A DNA stretch of 64,000 bases from Patescibacteria group bacterium (GCA_050953885.1 JBMNNJ010000001.1:271437-335436), one strand, 5' to 3'; shown: positions 20,570 to 30,864, counted from the first letter of the stretch. A program made the numbers and translations. Notes: generated from the letters alone by a model not told the origin.

Positions 20570-22396
20570 ATGCCTTTTCTTTTTCTCTTTCTTCTTCTTT
20601 TCTCTTTCTTTACTTCGCCTGTCCGGGCTGCCGGTGAATTTGGCCTTTCCCAAACCATTACCTATCAATTTGACCAAAACGGCAACGCCCAAGTTTTTCA
20701 GGAAATCGCCCTCGAGAATAAACTGGCCAACATTCACGCCACCCAATACCAAATAACCATCAGCGGCGGAGCGGTGCAAAACATTAAGGCCACAGAAGGT
20801 GATCAAAATCTTCGGACCGAAATTAAAGAGCCCCAGCGAAATCTCACCCAGGTAACCGTTTTTTTTGACCAGCCGGTGGCGGGCTTGGGGAAAAAACGCC
20901 AGTTTAGCCTGCAGTATTTCCTGCCGGATTACGCCAAAAAAGAGGGGCAAACCTGGCGGGTGCTAATTCCTAAAATCAACAAGATGGAAGAGCTGGAAGA
21001 GCTAATCATTAACATTAGCGCCCCAAAAAATTGGGGGCCAGCCTCTTTCGTTTCTCCCAAAAACTACACTCAAAAAGAAGAAGGAGAAAGACAAATCGTC
21101 ACTTTTTCTAAAAACCAGTTAGGCGAAAAAGAGGTGATGCTTATCTTCGGCCAGACCCAAGCCTTTCGTTTTTCTCTGAATTATTATCTTGAAAACACGA
21201 GTGCGGAGGAAAAAATTCAAGCCTTAGCCCTCCCTCCCGATACCTCTTACCAGAAAATATTTCTCACCAAAATCGACCCCGAACCCTTGGATGTTGAAGT
21301 AGACGATGATGGCAACTGGCTGGCAAGCTATCGTTTGCCTCCCAATTCAGCAATAAGAGTAAAAGCAGAAGGTTTAGCCCAAATAAGCGGTCAGCCTCTT
21401 TCTCCCCCCTTGCCACCAAAAGACTTAAGCCAATATTTACAGGCAAAAAAATATTGGGAGAAAGATGCCCCTCCCTTTCAGGACTTGGCCGAAAAACTTA
21501 AAACCCCCGAAGAAATTTATCAGTTTGTCCTTGCTACCCTTGACTACAACCTTGAAAAAGTTAAAAATCGCCAAGTGCAACGGCAGGGCGCTCTTAACGC
21601 TTTTAATAATCCCGATCAAGCAATTTGCACCGAATTTACCGATTTGTTCATCGCCCTTGCCCGGGCCGCCGGCATTCCCAGCCGCGAGCTTAACGGCTAT
21701 GCTTATTCCACCAACCCGGAACTTTTGCCCCTCACTCTTGATGCCGATGTTCTTCATGCCTGGCCGGAGTATTGGGATGAAAAACGGCAAACTTGGATTC
21801 AGGTTGACCCCACCTGGGAAGACACCAGCGGCATTGATTATTTTAATAAACTTGATATGTCGCATCTGGTTTTTGTTATCCACGGCTTGGATAGCGTTTC
21901 GCCGCCACCGGCCGGAGCATATCAAGATCCCGCTTTGGGAAAACAAAAAAATGTGGAGGTAGAATTTTCCCTCGCCCCCCAGGCAGAGCTTCTTCCCTTG
22001 GCAATTGATTTTAATCTTCCCCAAAAAGTTTCTTTTGGCCAAAAAGCAAGCGGAGAAATTACGGTGAGAAACATTAATCCCGTTGCTTTTTATAATCAGG
22101 AGGTTAAAATCACCAGCGAGGGCCTTCCTTTGGAGCCTTTCGGGAAAACCTTAGCTGCTTTCCCGCCCTACGCCAATGAGGTTTTTGCCGTTAATTTCAC
22201 CAACCAGAATTTATTTAAAGAAAGCGTGGGCAGAATTTTGGTTCAGGTCGGCAATCAGGAGCCGGTAGCGGCCACGATTATCCTCACCTCGCCTTTGGCA
22301 AATCCCCTTTTTCTCAATCTGCTTATCGGCTTGGCGGGGATAGTGGTGGTGGGGATAATCATTTATTTGGTAAAGAGTTTTAAAAAAAGAAGATAA
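20570..22396 (+). CDS. Membrane-anchored transglutaminase-like domain protein
   Basis: Signal peptide; Cys-His-Asp triad in AICTEF / HAWPE / VDPTW; C-terminal TM plus basic tail. Confidence 0.85.
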   Translation: MPFLFLFLLLFSFFTSPVRAAGEFGLSQTITYQFDQNGNAQVFQEIALENKLANIHATQYQITISGGAVQNIKATEGDQNLRTEIKEPQRNLTQVTVFFDQPVAGLGKKRQFSLQYFLPDYAKKEGQTWRVLIPKINKMEELEELIINISAPKNWGPASFVSPKNYTQKEEGERQIVTFSKNQLGEKEVMLIFGQTQAFRFSLNYYLENTSAEEKIQALALPPDTSYQKIFLTKIDPEPLDVEVDDDGNWLASYRLPPNSAIRVKAEGLAQISGQPLSPPLPPKDLSQYLQAKKYWEKDAPPFQDLAEKLKTPEEIYQFVLATLDYNLEKVKNRQVQRQGALNAFNNPDQAICTEFTDLFIALARAAGIPSRELNGYAYSTNPELLPLTLDADVLHAWPEYWDEKRQTWIQVDPTWEDTSGIDYFNKLDMSHLVFVIHGLDSVSPPPAGAYQDPALGKQKNVEVEFSLAPQAELLPLAIDFNLPQKVSFGQKASGEITVRNINPVAFYNQEVKITSEGLPLEPFGKTLAAFPPYANEVFAVNFTNQNLFKESVGRILVQVGNQEPVAATIILTSPLANPLFLNLLIGLAGIVVVGIIIYLVKSFKKRR

Positions 22397-22459
22397 AAAC
22401 GGGATCCAGTTATGGCGGGGCGAATTTCTAATTTCATCGCCGTTTAACAATTTTTCTTT

Positions 22460-23755
22460 ATGCAACCAAAAATTTTTTCGCTGTCTTCCCATCCTCTAAA
22501 AAAAATCCCCTCAAAACCCGGGGTTTATCTTTTTTTAAACCAAGAGGGAAAACCTCTTTATGTCGGTAAGGCGGCTAATCTTAAAAATCGCCTTGGCGCT
22601 TATTTGGGGGAAAAAACGCTCTTGGACAAAAAAACCCGCCTGCTGGTTTTGGAAGCCAAAAAGCTTAAGATTATTATTCTCCCCTCCGAATTCGAAGCCT
22701 TGCTTTTGGAGGCTAATTTAATTAAACAATTTCAGCCCCCTTATAACACCAAGCTCAAAGACGACAAGCGCTATCTTTACATTAAAATCACCCGCGAAAA
22801 GTATCCGCAGGTGGGGGTGGCGCGCCGCCAAACCCCCCATGCCGAGCTTTTTGGCCCTTATCCTTCGGCCAAAACAGTCCGGTTTCTTTTGCGGGAAATC
22901 CGTCGCATTTTTCCCTATCGCTCCTGCCGAATTTTACCTAAAAAACCATGCCTTTATTACCAGATTAATCTTTGCCCCGCCCCGTGCGTTAATCAGGATA
23001 AAAAGTCAACCCTTGCTTATCGCCGACAAATTAGCCAAATTAAAAAACTGCTCGAAGGCAAAAGCGGGCGTTTAATTAAAGAATATGACCAAAAAATGCG
23101 CCGGGAAGCAAAAAAAGAAAATTTTGAAAAAGCCGCCCAATTTAAAGAAATTAAAGAAAAATTAATCTGGTTAACAGAGAAAAGAACGGCACCGGAAATA
23201 TGGCTGGAGGAAATTTTCCCCGAAGAAACCGCCTCCCAACGCCTCCAGGCGCTTTACGAAATTTTAAAAAATTATTATCCCAAGTTGAGCCCGCCCTTAA
23301 AACGAATTGAGGCCTATGACATTGCCAACCTCGCCGGCGGTGAAGCCACCGGCTCAATGGTGGTTTTCAAAAACGGTCAGCCCGACCCTGCCTCTTATCG
23401 TCAATTTAAAATCAAAACTAAAGATAAGCCCGATGACCCGGCAATGATGAAAGAGGTTATCAGCCGCCGACTTAATAATCCCCAATGGCCCCGCCCTGAT
23501 TTTATTTTGGTTGACGGCGGCAAGGGGCAGGTGAGCGCCGCTCTTAAAGCCTTAGAAGAAAAGAAACAAAATATCCCCGTGGCGGGTTTGGCCAAAAGAG
23601 AAGAGGAAATTGTTATTAAAGAAAAAGACCATTACCGGATTTTAAAAATCGACCCCGACTCGCCGGCCTTATTGCTTCTGCGCCAAACCCGCGACGAAGC
23701 GCATCGCTTCGCCCAACGCTACCATCATTGGCTGCGGACCAAAAAGCTGGTATAA
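22460..23755 (+). CDS. uvrC: Excinuclease ABC subunit C (short form)
   Basis: GIY-YIG (PGVYLF..LYVGKA), UVR domain, RNase H-like RIEAYDIA, DGGKGQ, RDEAHRFA; no C-terminal HhH. Confidence 0.93.
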   Translation: MQPKIFSLSSHPLKKIPSKPGVYLFLNQEGKPLYVGKAANLKNRLGAYLGEKTLLDKKTRLLVLEAKKLKIIILPSEFEALLLEANLIKQFQPPYNTKLKDDKRYLYIKITREKYPQVGVARRQTPHAELFGPYPSAKTVRFLLREIRRIFPYRSCRILPKKPCLYYQINLCPAPCVNQDKKSTLAYRRQISQIKKLLEGKSGRLIKEYDQKMRREAKKENFEKAAQFKEIKEKLIWLTEKRTAPEIWLEEIFPEETASQRLQALYEILKNYYPKLSPPLKRIEAYDIANLAGGEATGSMVVFKNGQPDPASYRQFKIKTKDKPDDPAMMKEVISRRLNNPQWPRPDFILVDGGKGQVSAALKALEEKKQNIPVAGLAKREEEIVIKEKDHYRILKIDPDSPALLLLRQTRDEAHRFAQRYHHWLRTKKLV

Positions 23756-23808
23756 TAAAGATGCAAGAGGAATACTTTACATCCCTTAATATCTTAGTAT
23801 CTTATCTT

Positions 23809-24015
23809 ATGCCTTTCCTTCCCATCGCCCAAATTATCATCAGCATCGTCTTGGTCGCCTTGGTTCTTTTGACCAGCAAAGAAGGAGGGCTGGGAGAGCA
23901 GGGAAGCTCTTTACCGCAAAGCAAAAGCGGTCCGGAAAAAATCGTCTTTTATCTTACCGTCTTCTTGGTGATCGCCTTTGTGGTTCTTTCTTTAGCCCAG
24001 CTTTATCAAGGTTGA
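23809..24015 (+). CDS. secG: Preprotein translocase subunit SecG
   Basis: Two TM segments with a GGLG loop and PEKIVFYLT. Confidence 0.75.
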   Translation: MPFLPIAQIIISIVLVALVLLTSKEGGLGEQGSSLPQSKSGPEKIVFYLTVFLVIAFVVLSLAQLYQG

Positions 24016-24041
24016 AAAGCGTTTCTTCTTAATCCTTAATA

Positions 24042-25379
24042 ATGTTTAAAGCAAAAGTTCGTTTTTATTGGCGTCTTGTCCAAACTTTTTTGGGCCGTCA
24101 TTTCAAGGCCATCATCGGCGGTTTAATTCTGGCCGTTCTTTTAGTTTTCTCCTTCTTAAGGCTTTCTTCACAACCGCCGGTCTGGCGTTTTGCGGTGGTA
24201 GGCCAATATCAGCCCCAAAGCTTGCCCTCTTTTATCAGCGAATTAATAAGCTTTGGATTGGTTAAGGCCGACAATCAGGGTAATTTTTCCCCGGGGATCG
24301 CTTCTTCCTGGGAAGCTCAAGAAGAAGGGAAAAATTATCGTTTTTATCTTGCGGAAAATCTTTTTTGGCATGATGGCCAAAAAGTAAAGGCCAAAGATAT
24401 TAAATATCAATTTCAAGACTTAAAACTTAATGCCCTTGACGACAAAACCTTGGAGATTGTCTTGGAAGAAAAATACGCCTCGCTTTTGGATCTTCTTGCC
24501 CAACCGGTTTTTAAAACCAATTTAATTGGGGTAGGGGAGTACCGGGTTAAAAAATGGCAAAGCCAGGGAGAAGCGATCAGGCAATTAAATCTTGAGGCCA
24601 AAGACAAGAATAAGCCGCAAATTATTTTTAAGTTTTATCCCAACGAAGAAAGCGCTCGCCACGCTTTCAAAATGGGAGAGGTAGACATTATTTGGGGCCT
24701 GCAAAATCCCGATAATCTTGTTTACTTCCCCAACGTTACCATCGAAAGCCAGATTAATAACGAACAATATACCGCCGTCTTTTTAAACCTCCAAAAAGAG
24801 ACGTTGGCGGAAAAATCAGTTCGCCAAGCGCTTGCCTACGCCACCCCCAAGCCACAAGGGAAAAATCGGGCTAAAGGACCATATAACCCCAACTCCTGGG
24901 TTTATAACGACTTTGTTAAAACTTATGATTTTGACCTGGAGCATGCCAAAGAACTTTTAGGAGAAAGTAAAATTAGCCTGCAATTAGCCACTTTTCCCAA
25001 TTATCTGACGCTGGCAGAAAAAATTAAAGAAAACTGGGAGGCTCTTGGCGTGGCCACCGAAATCCGGGTAGTTAATTTTATTCCCGACGATTATGACGCC
25101 CTGCTTTTAACCCAGGCAATTCCCAAAAACCCCGATCAATATTGGTTTTGGCATTCCTCGCAAACTCAAACTAACATTACCCATCTTAACAATCCCCGCC
25201 TTGACCAGCTTTTGGAAGAAGGCCGCCTTACTACCGACAAGGAAAAACGGCGGCAAATTTACGCTGATTTCCAGCGCTTTCTTTTGGAAGAATCACCGGC
25301 AATTTTTATTGAATATCCCACCTATCATTATGTTTTCCGCCACGGCTTTGAAAATGCCACCCTGCCGGGGTATAATTAA
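24042..25379 (+). CDS. ABC transporter substrate-binding protein, family 5 (peptide)
   Basis: FWHDGQKVKAKD, VRQALAYA, LDQLLEEGR, YADFQRFLLEESPAIF. Confidence 0.85.
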   Translation: MFKAKVRFYWRLVQTFLGRHFKAIIGGLILAVLLVFSFLRLSSQPPVWRFAVVGQYQPQSLPSFISELISFGLVKADNQGNFSPGIASSWEAQEEGKNYRFYLAENLFWHDGQKVKAKDIKYQFQDLKLNALDDKTLEIVLEEKYASLLDLLAQPVFKTNLIGVGEYRVKKWQSQGEAIRQLNLEAKDKNKPQIIFKFYPNEESARHAFKMGEVDIIWGLQNPDNLVYFPNVTIESQINNEQYTAVFLNLQKETLAEKSVRQALAYATPKPQGKNRAKGPYNPNSWVYNDFVKTYDFDLEHAKELLGESKISLQLATFPNYLTLAEKIKENWEALGVATEIRVVNFIPDDYDALLLTQAIPKNPDQYWFWHSSQTQTNITHLNNPRLDQLLEEGRLTTDKEKRRQIYADFQRFLLEESPAIFIEYPTYHYVFRHGFENATLPGYN

Positions 25380-25591
25380 GATAAAACACGAATAGACGCG
25401 AATAAGAAACGAATAAACACGAATGAGCGAATGATTGGCAAGACAAGCTCGCGATAACGGTCACTATCATCCTGAACTTGATTCAGGATCAAAACAGATT
25501 CTGACTTTCGTCAGAATGACAGATTCCTTACCTATTACGTGTTACGCATTACGCATTAATATCTTAATATCTTAGTATCTTTTGAAAACAG

Positions 25592-25678
25592 GCCGAAGTG
25601 GCGGAATTGGCAGACGCGTACGGTTCAGGACCGTATGGGGTTAAACCTGTGTGGGTTCAAATCCCACCTTCGGCACCA
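25592..25678 (+). tRNA. tRNA-Leu(CAG)
   Basis: Anticodon arm tacgg-tt-CAG-ga-ccgta, long variable arm, encoded CCA. Confidence 0.95.
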
Positions 25679-25697
25679 AAACAGTAAAATAAATTAA

Positions 25698-25784
25698 GCG
25701 GACGTGTTGGAATCGGCAGACAAGCAAGCTTGAGGAGCTTGTGGGCGCAAGCCCGTGGAGGTTCAAATCCTCTCGTCCGCACCA
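25698..25784 (+). tRNA. tRNA-Leu(GAG)
   Basis: caagc-tt-GAG-ga-gcttg, encoded CCA. Confidence 0.95.
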
Positions 25785-25799
25785 GATCATTTTTTAACT

Positions 25800-25876
25800 G
25801 GATCCGTAGCTCAGTTGGCTAGAGCGCCCGGCTTACATCCGGAAGGTCACAGGTTCAAATCCTGTCGGATCCACCA
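25800..25876 (+). tRNA. tRNA-Val(TAC)
   Basis: ccgg-ct-TAC-at-ccgg, encoded CCA. Confidence 0.93.
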
Positions 25877-25902
25877 GTCCATGATAAAATAAAATAAATT
25901 AA

Positions 25903-25975
25903 GCCAGAGTAGCCAAGGTGGTCACGGCGCGTGTCTGAAAAACATGAGATCTCGGTTCGACTCCGAGCTCTGGCA
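25903..25975 (+). tRNA. tRNA-Phe(GAA)
   Basis: cgtgt-ct-GAA-aa-acatg; acceptor gccagag/ctctggc. Confidence 0.93.
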
Positions 25976-26089
25976 CAGATTAAATTGTATGTTGTATTGA
26001 ATATAAAAAGCTGACATTGCCGTATTGTTTAAACTGACAAATCCGCCAGCTGGCGGAAAAAATTAAAACCTAAATCAAAGCGGGAATTT

Positions 26090-26180
26090 GTAGGGGTCGA
26101 CCCATGTGTCGACCCGATTAATGGTTTTAAATAGGCAAGCGCGGATTCTTTGAAGGGCGGACACATAGGTCCGCCCCTAC
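26090..26180. repeat. GTAG-family REP doublet (inverted)
   Basis: GTAGgggtcgacccatgtgtcgaccc ... gggcggacacataggtccgcccCTAC. Confidence 0.85.
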
Positions 26181-26238
26181 AATTCGCGTCGATTCGTGTT
26201 TTAACAGTTTAGCAATGTCTCTTAATATCTTAGCCTAG

Positions 26239-26326
26239 GCCGCGGTGTTGGAATCGGCAGACAAGCAAGACTTAAAATCTTGTGCTCCAAAAGAGCGTGA
26301 GGGTTCGAACCCCTCCCGCGGCACCA
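26239..26326 (+). tRNA. tRNA-Leu(TAA)
   Basis: caaga-ct-TAA-aa-tcttg, encoded CCA. Confidence 0.95.
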
Positions 26327-26336
26327 GAAGCCAATC

Positions 26337-26408
26337 GCGAGGGTAGTTCAGTGGTAGAACGTCTCGTTGCCAACGAGAAGGCCGCGGGTTCAAGTCCCGT
26401 CCCTCGCT
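26337..26408 (+). tRNA. tRNA-Gly(GCC)
   Basis: tctcg-tt-GCC-aa-cgaga. Confidence 0.95.
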
Positions 26409-26425
26409 CATTTTTCCGCTTTTTT

Positions 26426-26496
26426 TGCCCGGTCGTCTAACGGTAGGACAACAGACTTTGGATCTGTCTATCCAGGTTCGAATCCTGGCTGGGCAA
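26426..26496 (+). tRNA. tRNA-Gln(TTG)
   Basis: acaga-ct-TTG-ga-tctgt. Confidence 0.93.
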
Positions 26497-26523
26497 CTAG
26501 CACGGGCACCCAGGATAACCGAG

Positions 26524-26652
26524 AGAAATACATCTTCTAAGTGTCCCAGGTTCACGCCTGGCATATTTTTACTCTTTGGTAATAAAATACGACTAATATA
26601 CTCCAGGTGTCAAGTTAAGACACTTTCCAGGTGTACACACAGGTGTACAACA
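26524..26652 (+). repeat. ~120-bp multi-hairpin direct repeat, copy 1
   Basis: agaaatacatcttctaagtgtcccaggttcacgcctggcatatttttactctttgg...ccaggtgtcaagttaagacactttccaggtgtaca. Confidence 0.93.
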
Positions 26653-26653
26653 T

Positions 26654-26765
26654 TTTCATACAATTGCAAAAATTGAAGCGGGGGGCAACGCCTAGCCCTA
26701 CAATTGAAACGGTTAAAAAAATCGCTGACGCATTAGGTATTAGTATTGATAATTTATTCAAATAA
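26654..26765 (+). pseudogene. C-terminal half of an XRE-family HTH regulator, frameshifted
   Basis: FHTIAKIEAG / ATPSPTIETVKKIADALGISIDNLFK*; N-terminus absent, begins at the end of repeat 1. Confidence 0.7.
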
Positions 26766-26771
26766 CTAAAT

Positions 26772-29549
26772 ATGAATTTACTTCAGACACTTTGTTCATA
26801 TTGGTATGAATGTATAAAAAATGAAGATGTCTTAGAAAAAGATATTCCTATTAACGTGCGCTCAAAAGCAATTTTATACCCTTTTGATGATGACCCTTTT
26901 GTATTCAAAAAGAAAGATGTCTCCGTTAAGATTGAAAATGAAAAATTAAATACCTTCGCAACTACAAAAACCGAAGGATTAGAGTTTTATTATGGGTATC
27001 CACTTCTTTATTATCGAGACGATAAGACTGATAGACAATTAGTCGCTCCTTTATTTATTATCAAGGTTAAATTTAATCGCGACGGTAGAGATTTGTTTCT
27101 GTCTAAAGACGAGCAATATCCGGTTTGCGGAATTCAAGCTCTAAGCAAATTAGGATTAAGAACAGAAGAAACAGCCAATATAAACCAATCCATAGAAAAA
27201 TTATTTGTTGGTAACCCTAAAATAGATGAACAGCAACTTTGCAATGAGGCGCTAAAAATTATCGAGAAAGAGGCAGGAATTTCAATTATCGAGGAAATAA
27301 ATCCACTAAAACTATCCAACTCAAAAAAACTTACGAGAGAAATGTCGGCGGGCTTGTATAACAAAAGTTTAATTTTTGCCGGAGAAACTACAGTTTTTAA
27401 TATTCACCTGATAAAAGATTTGTTAGAGCTTAAAAGCAGAACTGATCTGGAGAAAACATCTCTATCGTTCTTTTCTGCTCCTCGTTCTGCCGATGTTCAA
27501 AATGAAGTAATACCGATACTTCCTTTTCCCTCAAACGAATATCAAATAACGGCAATTCAAGATATTTTTAGGCATTCGTTAAGCGTAATAACTGGCCCCC
27601 CAGGAACGGGAAAAAGTCAATTTATATCAAACCTGATTGTCAATCTTTTTCTAGCCGGCAAAACGGTTTTGTTTGTCAGCCATACGGGAGAAGCCGTTGA
27701 TGTTGTGAACTCAAGGATAAGTGAACAATTTCGAAATCTGATGTTACGAACTGGGAAAAAAGAACTTCGTCAAGATTTGAAAGGTAGGTTTAATGAGATA
27801 ATCGCAGATTCTTCAAAAAGAAATAATAAAAATATCTCTGCAGATTATATTTATTCTCTTTGGAAAACAATTCTGGAATACAGAGACAGCTTACTGAAAA
27901 AAGATGAAGCCGAAAAAGATTTTCAACAGAAGTTTTTTTACCAAAAGGAATTAAAAAATGTTCTTCAAATTCAAGATTCTATTGTAAAAAAACTAAAAAT
28001 ATACTTTCAGCTTTTTATCCTTAATTTTAAATTACAAAGAATAAAATCAAGATTGTTAAAATTACCCAGCCGTGTAAATTTTGAATCTAAAATAAGAGAA
28101 TTAGAAAAAGAATATTATCTTTCCTGTCAAGATTTTGTTCGAAATGTTTACTTAGAAAAAATGCTTGGTAATGGCAGCAAGATTAGTCTGGTTAATGCTT
28201 TTCTTAATCAGGTCAATAGTCATCGATTCAACGATGAAGATATAAGTGAGTCATCATTTATTAACGCTTTGCAGGTTCTTAAAATTTGGTCATCTACCCT
28301 AAAATCACTTAGGGGTACTTTTCCACTTAAAGCTAATATTTTCGACTACGTTATTTTTGACGAGGCTTCTCAAATTGATTTGCCGTCTACGGCCCCTGCC
28401 TTATATAGGGCCAAAAAAGCGATTATTGTGGGCGACCCAATGCAATTAACCCATATTGCGGGCATTACAAAGGATGTCGATTATGGATTAGCAAAAATAC
28501 ACGGCCTAACGGAAATGGGAGATATTTATCCTTCAAAAACAAGATATTGCGATGTTTCTTTATATAAAGCGGCTGAAAATTATTTGCCCCATTCATCAAT
28601 ATTTTTAACCAATCACTACCGCCCCGAAGACCAAATTATTTCCCTTTGTAACCAAGTGTTTTATGGAAATCGCTTAAAAATATTAAGCACGCTGGACTAT
28701 GGTAAGTTTCCTTCCGGATTACCCTTAGGCGTACAGTGGGAAGATATAAGAGGGGAAGTATATAAGCACCCTTCGGGAAGTCGCATCAATCAACGGGAAG
28801 TAGATGAGGTTAACAGAATTTTTCAAAAAGTGATAAAGGAAATTTCCGGGACTGATTTGACTGTTGGCGTGGTTACGCCTTACTCAAAGCAAAGGCAAGC
28901 AATATATGAAAAAATATCATCTATAACACCGGTAGAGGTTTTGGAAAAACACGATGTGAAAATACTGACAGCTCATCAATTTCAAGGTTCTGAAAAAGAT
29001 ATTGTCATTTTTTCGTTAGTGTTGACCTCTAAGGGAAATGGAAACAGCGACACATGGTATAACATTTACCGGCAAATATTAAATGTCGCCCTTTCTCGGG
29101 CAAGGTATCTTTTATACATCATTGGTGATAAGGATTTTTGTGAAAACAGGAAGGGTATTTTAGGCAAGATAAAAAGTGTTTATGAAAAAATCAAAGACGA
29201 AGAGAAATTAGAAGAGTATGACCTCCACGCAAAATTTGATACCCCAACCGAGAAGATATTTTTTGAACAATTACAGAAAGTCAAGTTAGATAAGTTTGGT
29301 TATAAATTGATACCAAAGTTAGTGGTAAAAAGATACACGCTAGATTTTGCAATCGTTGGTAAGAAAAAAATTAATGTTGAGATAGACGGCATACAACACG
29401 AAATAATCAAAGGTATGCCAGTTTTAGAAGATGTTGAACGAGATGAATTTCTGAAAAATGAAAATTGGGAAATTTTACGATTTCCTAATTACATGGTATT
29501 ATCTGAAATGCCAAAAGTCATTGATGAATTGTTGACTAAATTAAAATAG
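26772..29549 (+). CDS. Superfamily 1 (UPF1/DNA2-like) helicase with C-terminal DUF559/Vsr-like nuclease
   Basis: GPPGTGKS, DEASQ, VGDPMQL, VVTPYSKQ, FQGSEKD, NVALSRAR; C-terminal LDFAI...VEIDGIQH...RDEFL...W.ILRF. Confidence 0.9.
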   Translation: MNLLQTLCSYWYECIKNEDVLEKDIPINVRSKAILYPFDDDPFVFKKKDVSVKIENEKLNTFATTKTEGLEFYYGYPLLYYRDDKTDRQLVAPLFIIKVKFNRDGRDLFLSKDEQYPVCGIQALSKLGLRTEETANINQSIEKLFVGNPKIDEQQLCNEALKIIEKEAGISIIEEINPLKLSNSKKLTREMSAGLYNKSLIFAGETTVFNIHLIKDLLELKSRTDLEKTSLSFFSAPRSADVQNEVIPILPFPSNEYQITAIQDIFRHSLSVITGPPGTGKSQFISNLIVNLFLAGKTVLFVSHTGEAVDVVNSRISEQFRNLMLRTGKKELRQDLKGRFNEIIADSSKRNNKNISADYIYSLWKTILEYRDSLLKKDEAEKDFQQKFFYQKELKNVLQIQDSIVKKLKIYFQLFILNFKLQRIKSRLLKLPSRVNFESKIRELEKEYYLSCQDFVRNVYLEKMLGNGSKISLVNAFLNQVNSHRFNDEDISESSFINALQVLKIWSSTLKSLRGTFPLKANIFDYVIFDEASQIDLPSTAPALYRAKKAIIVGDPMQLTHIAGITKDVDYGLAKIHGLTEMGDIYPSKTRYCDVSLYKAAENYLPHSSIFLTNHYRPEDQIISLCNQVFYGNRLKILSTLDYGKFPSGLPLGVQWEDIRGEVYKHPSGSRINQREVDEVNRIFQKVIKEISGTDLTVGVVTPYSKQRQAIYEKISSITPVEVLEKHDVKILTAHQFQGSEKDIVIFSLVLTSKGNGNSDTWYNIYRQILNVALSRARYLLYIIGDKDFCENRKGILGKIKSVYEKIKDEEKLEEYDLHAKFDTPTEKIFFEQLQKVKLDKFGYKLIPKLVVKRYTLDFAIVGKKKINVEIDGIQHEIIKGMPVLEDVERDEFLKNENWEILRFPNYMVLSEMPKVIDELLTKLK

Positions 29550-29630
29550 GTGGCGTAGCAATCAATCGGGATTTTGTTTAAAAAAGGTTCGCACTTCGTT
29601 CAGTAATTGTGGCTGATTCAGATTTTGTGA

Positions 29631-29764
29631 AGAAATACACCTTCTAGGTGTCCCGGGTTCACACCTGGCATATTTTTACTCTTTGGGCAATAAAACACGA
29701 CTAAAACATACTCCAGGTGTCAAGTTAAGACACTTGCCAGGTGTACAATACCAGGTGTACAACA
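29631..29764 (+). repeat. ~120-bp multi-hairpin direct repeat, copy 2
   Basis: agaaatacaccttctaggtgtcccgggttcacacctggc...ccaggtgtcaagttaagacacttgccaggtgtacaa. Confidence 0.93.
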
Positions 29765-29860
29765 CAATATAATTCAGGTGTATAATATTGTTGTACCCAA
29801 AACTTTGAGTAATTCGAATATATCGAATTATTAAACTGCATTATAAAAGGAGGTGAAAAA

Positions 29861-30196
29861 ATGTTTAAAAATCTTTTAGATTATTCATATAAAAGAAGTT
29901 TTAAAGAAGCAATTGGTTTTTATATTTCTTACCTCGTTTTGACTTTAATATTGGCAGTATTATTAACGAGTGTTTTAGGGCCAACTAGCGGTCAAGAAAA
30001 TTTTGATTTTGGTTATAGAGTTTGGAATCTTGTTGCTATTATAGTAACAGTTACCCTTTCTTTCCTTATTTTAAAAAAGAAAGAATTTTTAGGAAATTTT
30101 TTCTATTTTATATTGGCTCTTTTATCAGGAGTCTTATCATATTTTGGTGGCGGCTTGTTGGGCTTGATCCCCGTAGCTTTTCTTTCTACAAGATAA
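29861..30196 (+). CDS. Small multi-TM membrane protein
   Basis: Strong SD aaggaggtg; 3-4 hydrophobic segments; ends GGGLLGLIPVAFLSTR. Confidence 0.75.
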   Translation: MFKNLLDYSYKRSFKEAIGFYISYLVLTLILAVLLTSVLGPTSGQENFDFGYRVWNLVAIIVTVTLSFLILKKKEFLGNFFYFILALLSGVLSYFGGGLLGLIPVAFLSTR

Positions 30197-30233
30197 GCAA
30201 AACTTAAACAGCCTTGGGGAGAAAAATAAAAAA

Positions 30234-30671
30234 TTAATAAGATAAGGACTTGCCGTTGCGGGTGAGAAATTCAAAAAGCATTTTTGGGGTGAAAATTTTC
30301 TTAGGCTTGATAAAAGCGGCCACTTTTTGAGTCAAAAAATGTTTTTTGTCTAAAGTAATTAAAAACTCGCATGGAGCCATCTTTGCCTCAGTAAGAATGA
30401 CAGCATCCTTTTTAACAATTACTTTCCTAGCTTTCTGAATCAGTTTTTGATCTAGCTTTTGGTCGATAATTTCAAGTTTACTCACCAAAAGAAAAAATCT
30501 TTTTAAGTGATAGTTCTCTAATTTTTTACGGATATTCCTTTCGACTTCTGTTAAAACTAATTTTGAAGCAACCAACTTAATTTGTCTCAAGGTAAAAAGT
30601 TTTGATGAGCCACCCGTAGGAGAATTAACGGCCATAAACAAAACGCTTGAATCTAAAAATGCCCTTTTCAT
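30234..30671 (-). CDS. PIN-domain toxin (VapC-like)
   Basis: FLDSSVLF, EVERN, KDAVIL, LITLDKKHF. Confidence 0.85.
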   Translation of the reverse strand: MKRAFLDSSVLFMAVNSPTGGSSKLFTLRQIKLVASKLVLTEVERNIRKKLENYHLKRFFLLVSKLEIIDQKLDQKLIQKARKVIVKKDAVILTEAKMAPCEFLITLDKKHFLTQKVAAFIKPKKIFTPKMLFEFLTRNGKSLSY

Positions 30672-30673
30672 CC

Positions 30674-30860
30674 TTAAAGTTTATCTTCTTTTTCCCGCTC
30701 ATTAATTTCCTTCTCAGTAAATTCTCGAGTGAAAGGCAAAAGTTGAGGATCAATAAAAGCCTTTTGATAAATCCTGGCGACTTCCTTTTCGAGTTTAGCC
30801 AAATACTCAACATCCACCAAAACAGCTTCAGGTTTGCCGTTGCGAGTAAAGAAATTGACG
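30674..30860 (-). pseudogene. Phd/YefM-like antitoxin, 5'-truncated at repeat copy 3
   Basis: TRNGKPEAVLVDVEYL Phd core; the only in-frame start lies inside the repeat. Confidence 0.6.
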
Positions 30861-30864
30861 GTTG

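Noticed and set aside
17764-22042. Long antisense or alternate-frame ORFs inside uvrA and the transglutaminase gene (similar ones at 46023, 49327, 60426)
   Set aside because: They are fully nested in well-supported genes and lack motifs, so they are shadow ORFs.
26235-26676. ORFs 26235-26564 (-) and 26425-26676 (+)
   Set aside because: They are translations of tRNA genes and repeat 1.
29550-29630. Possible att or recombinase-tail remnant after the helicase
   Set aside because: It is too short and has no second copy in the window to support it.
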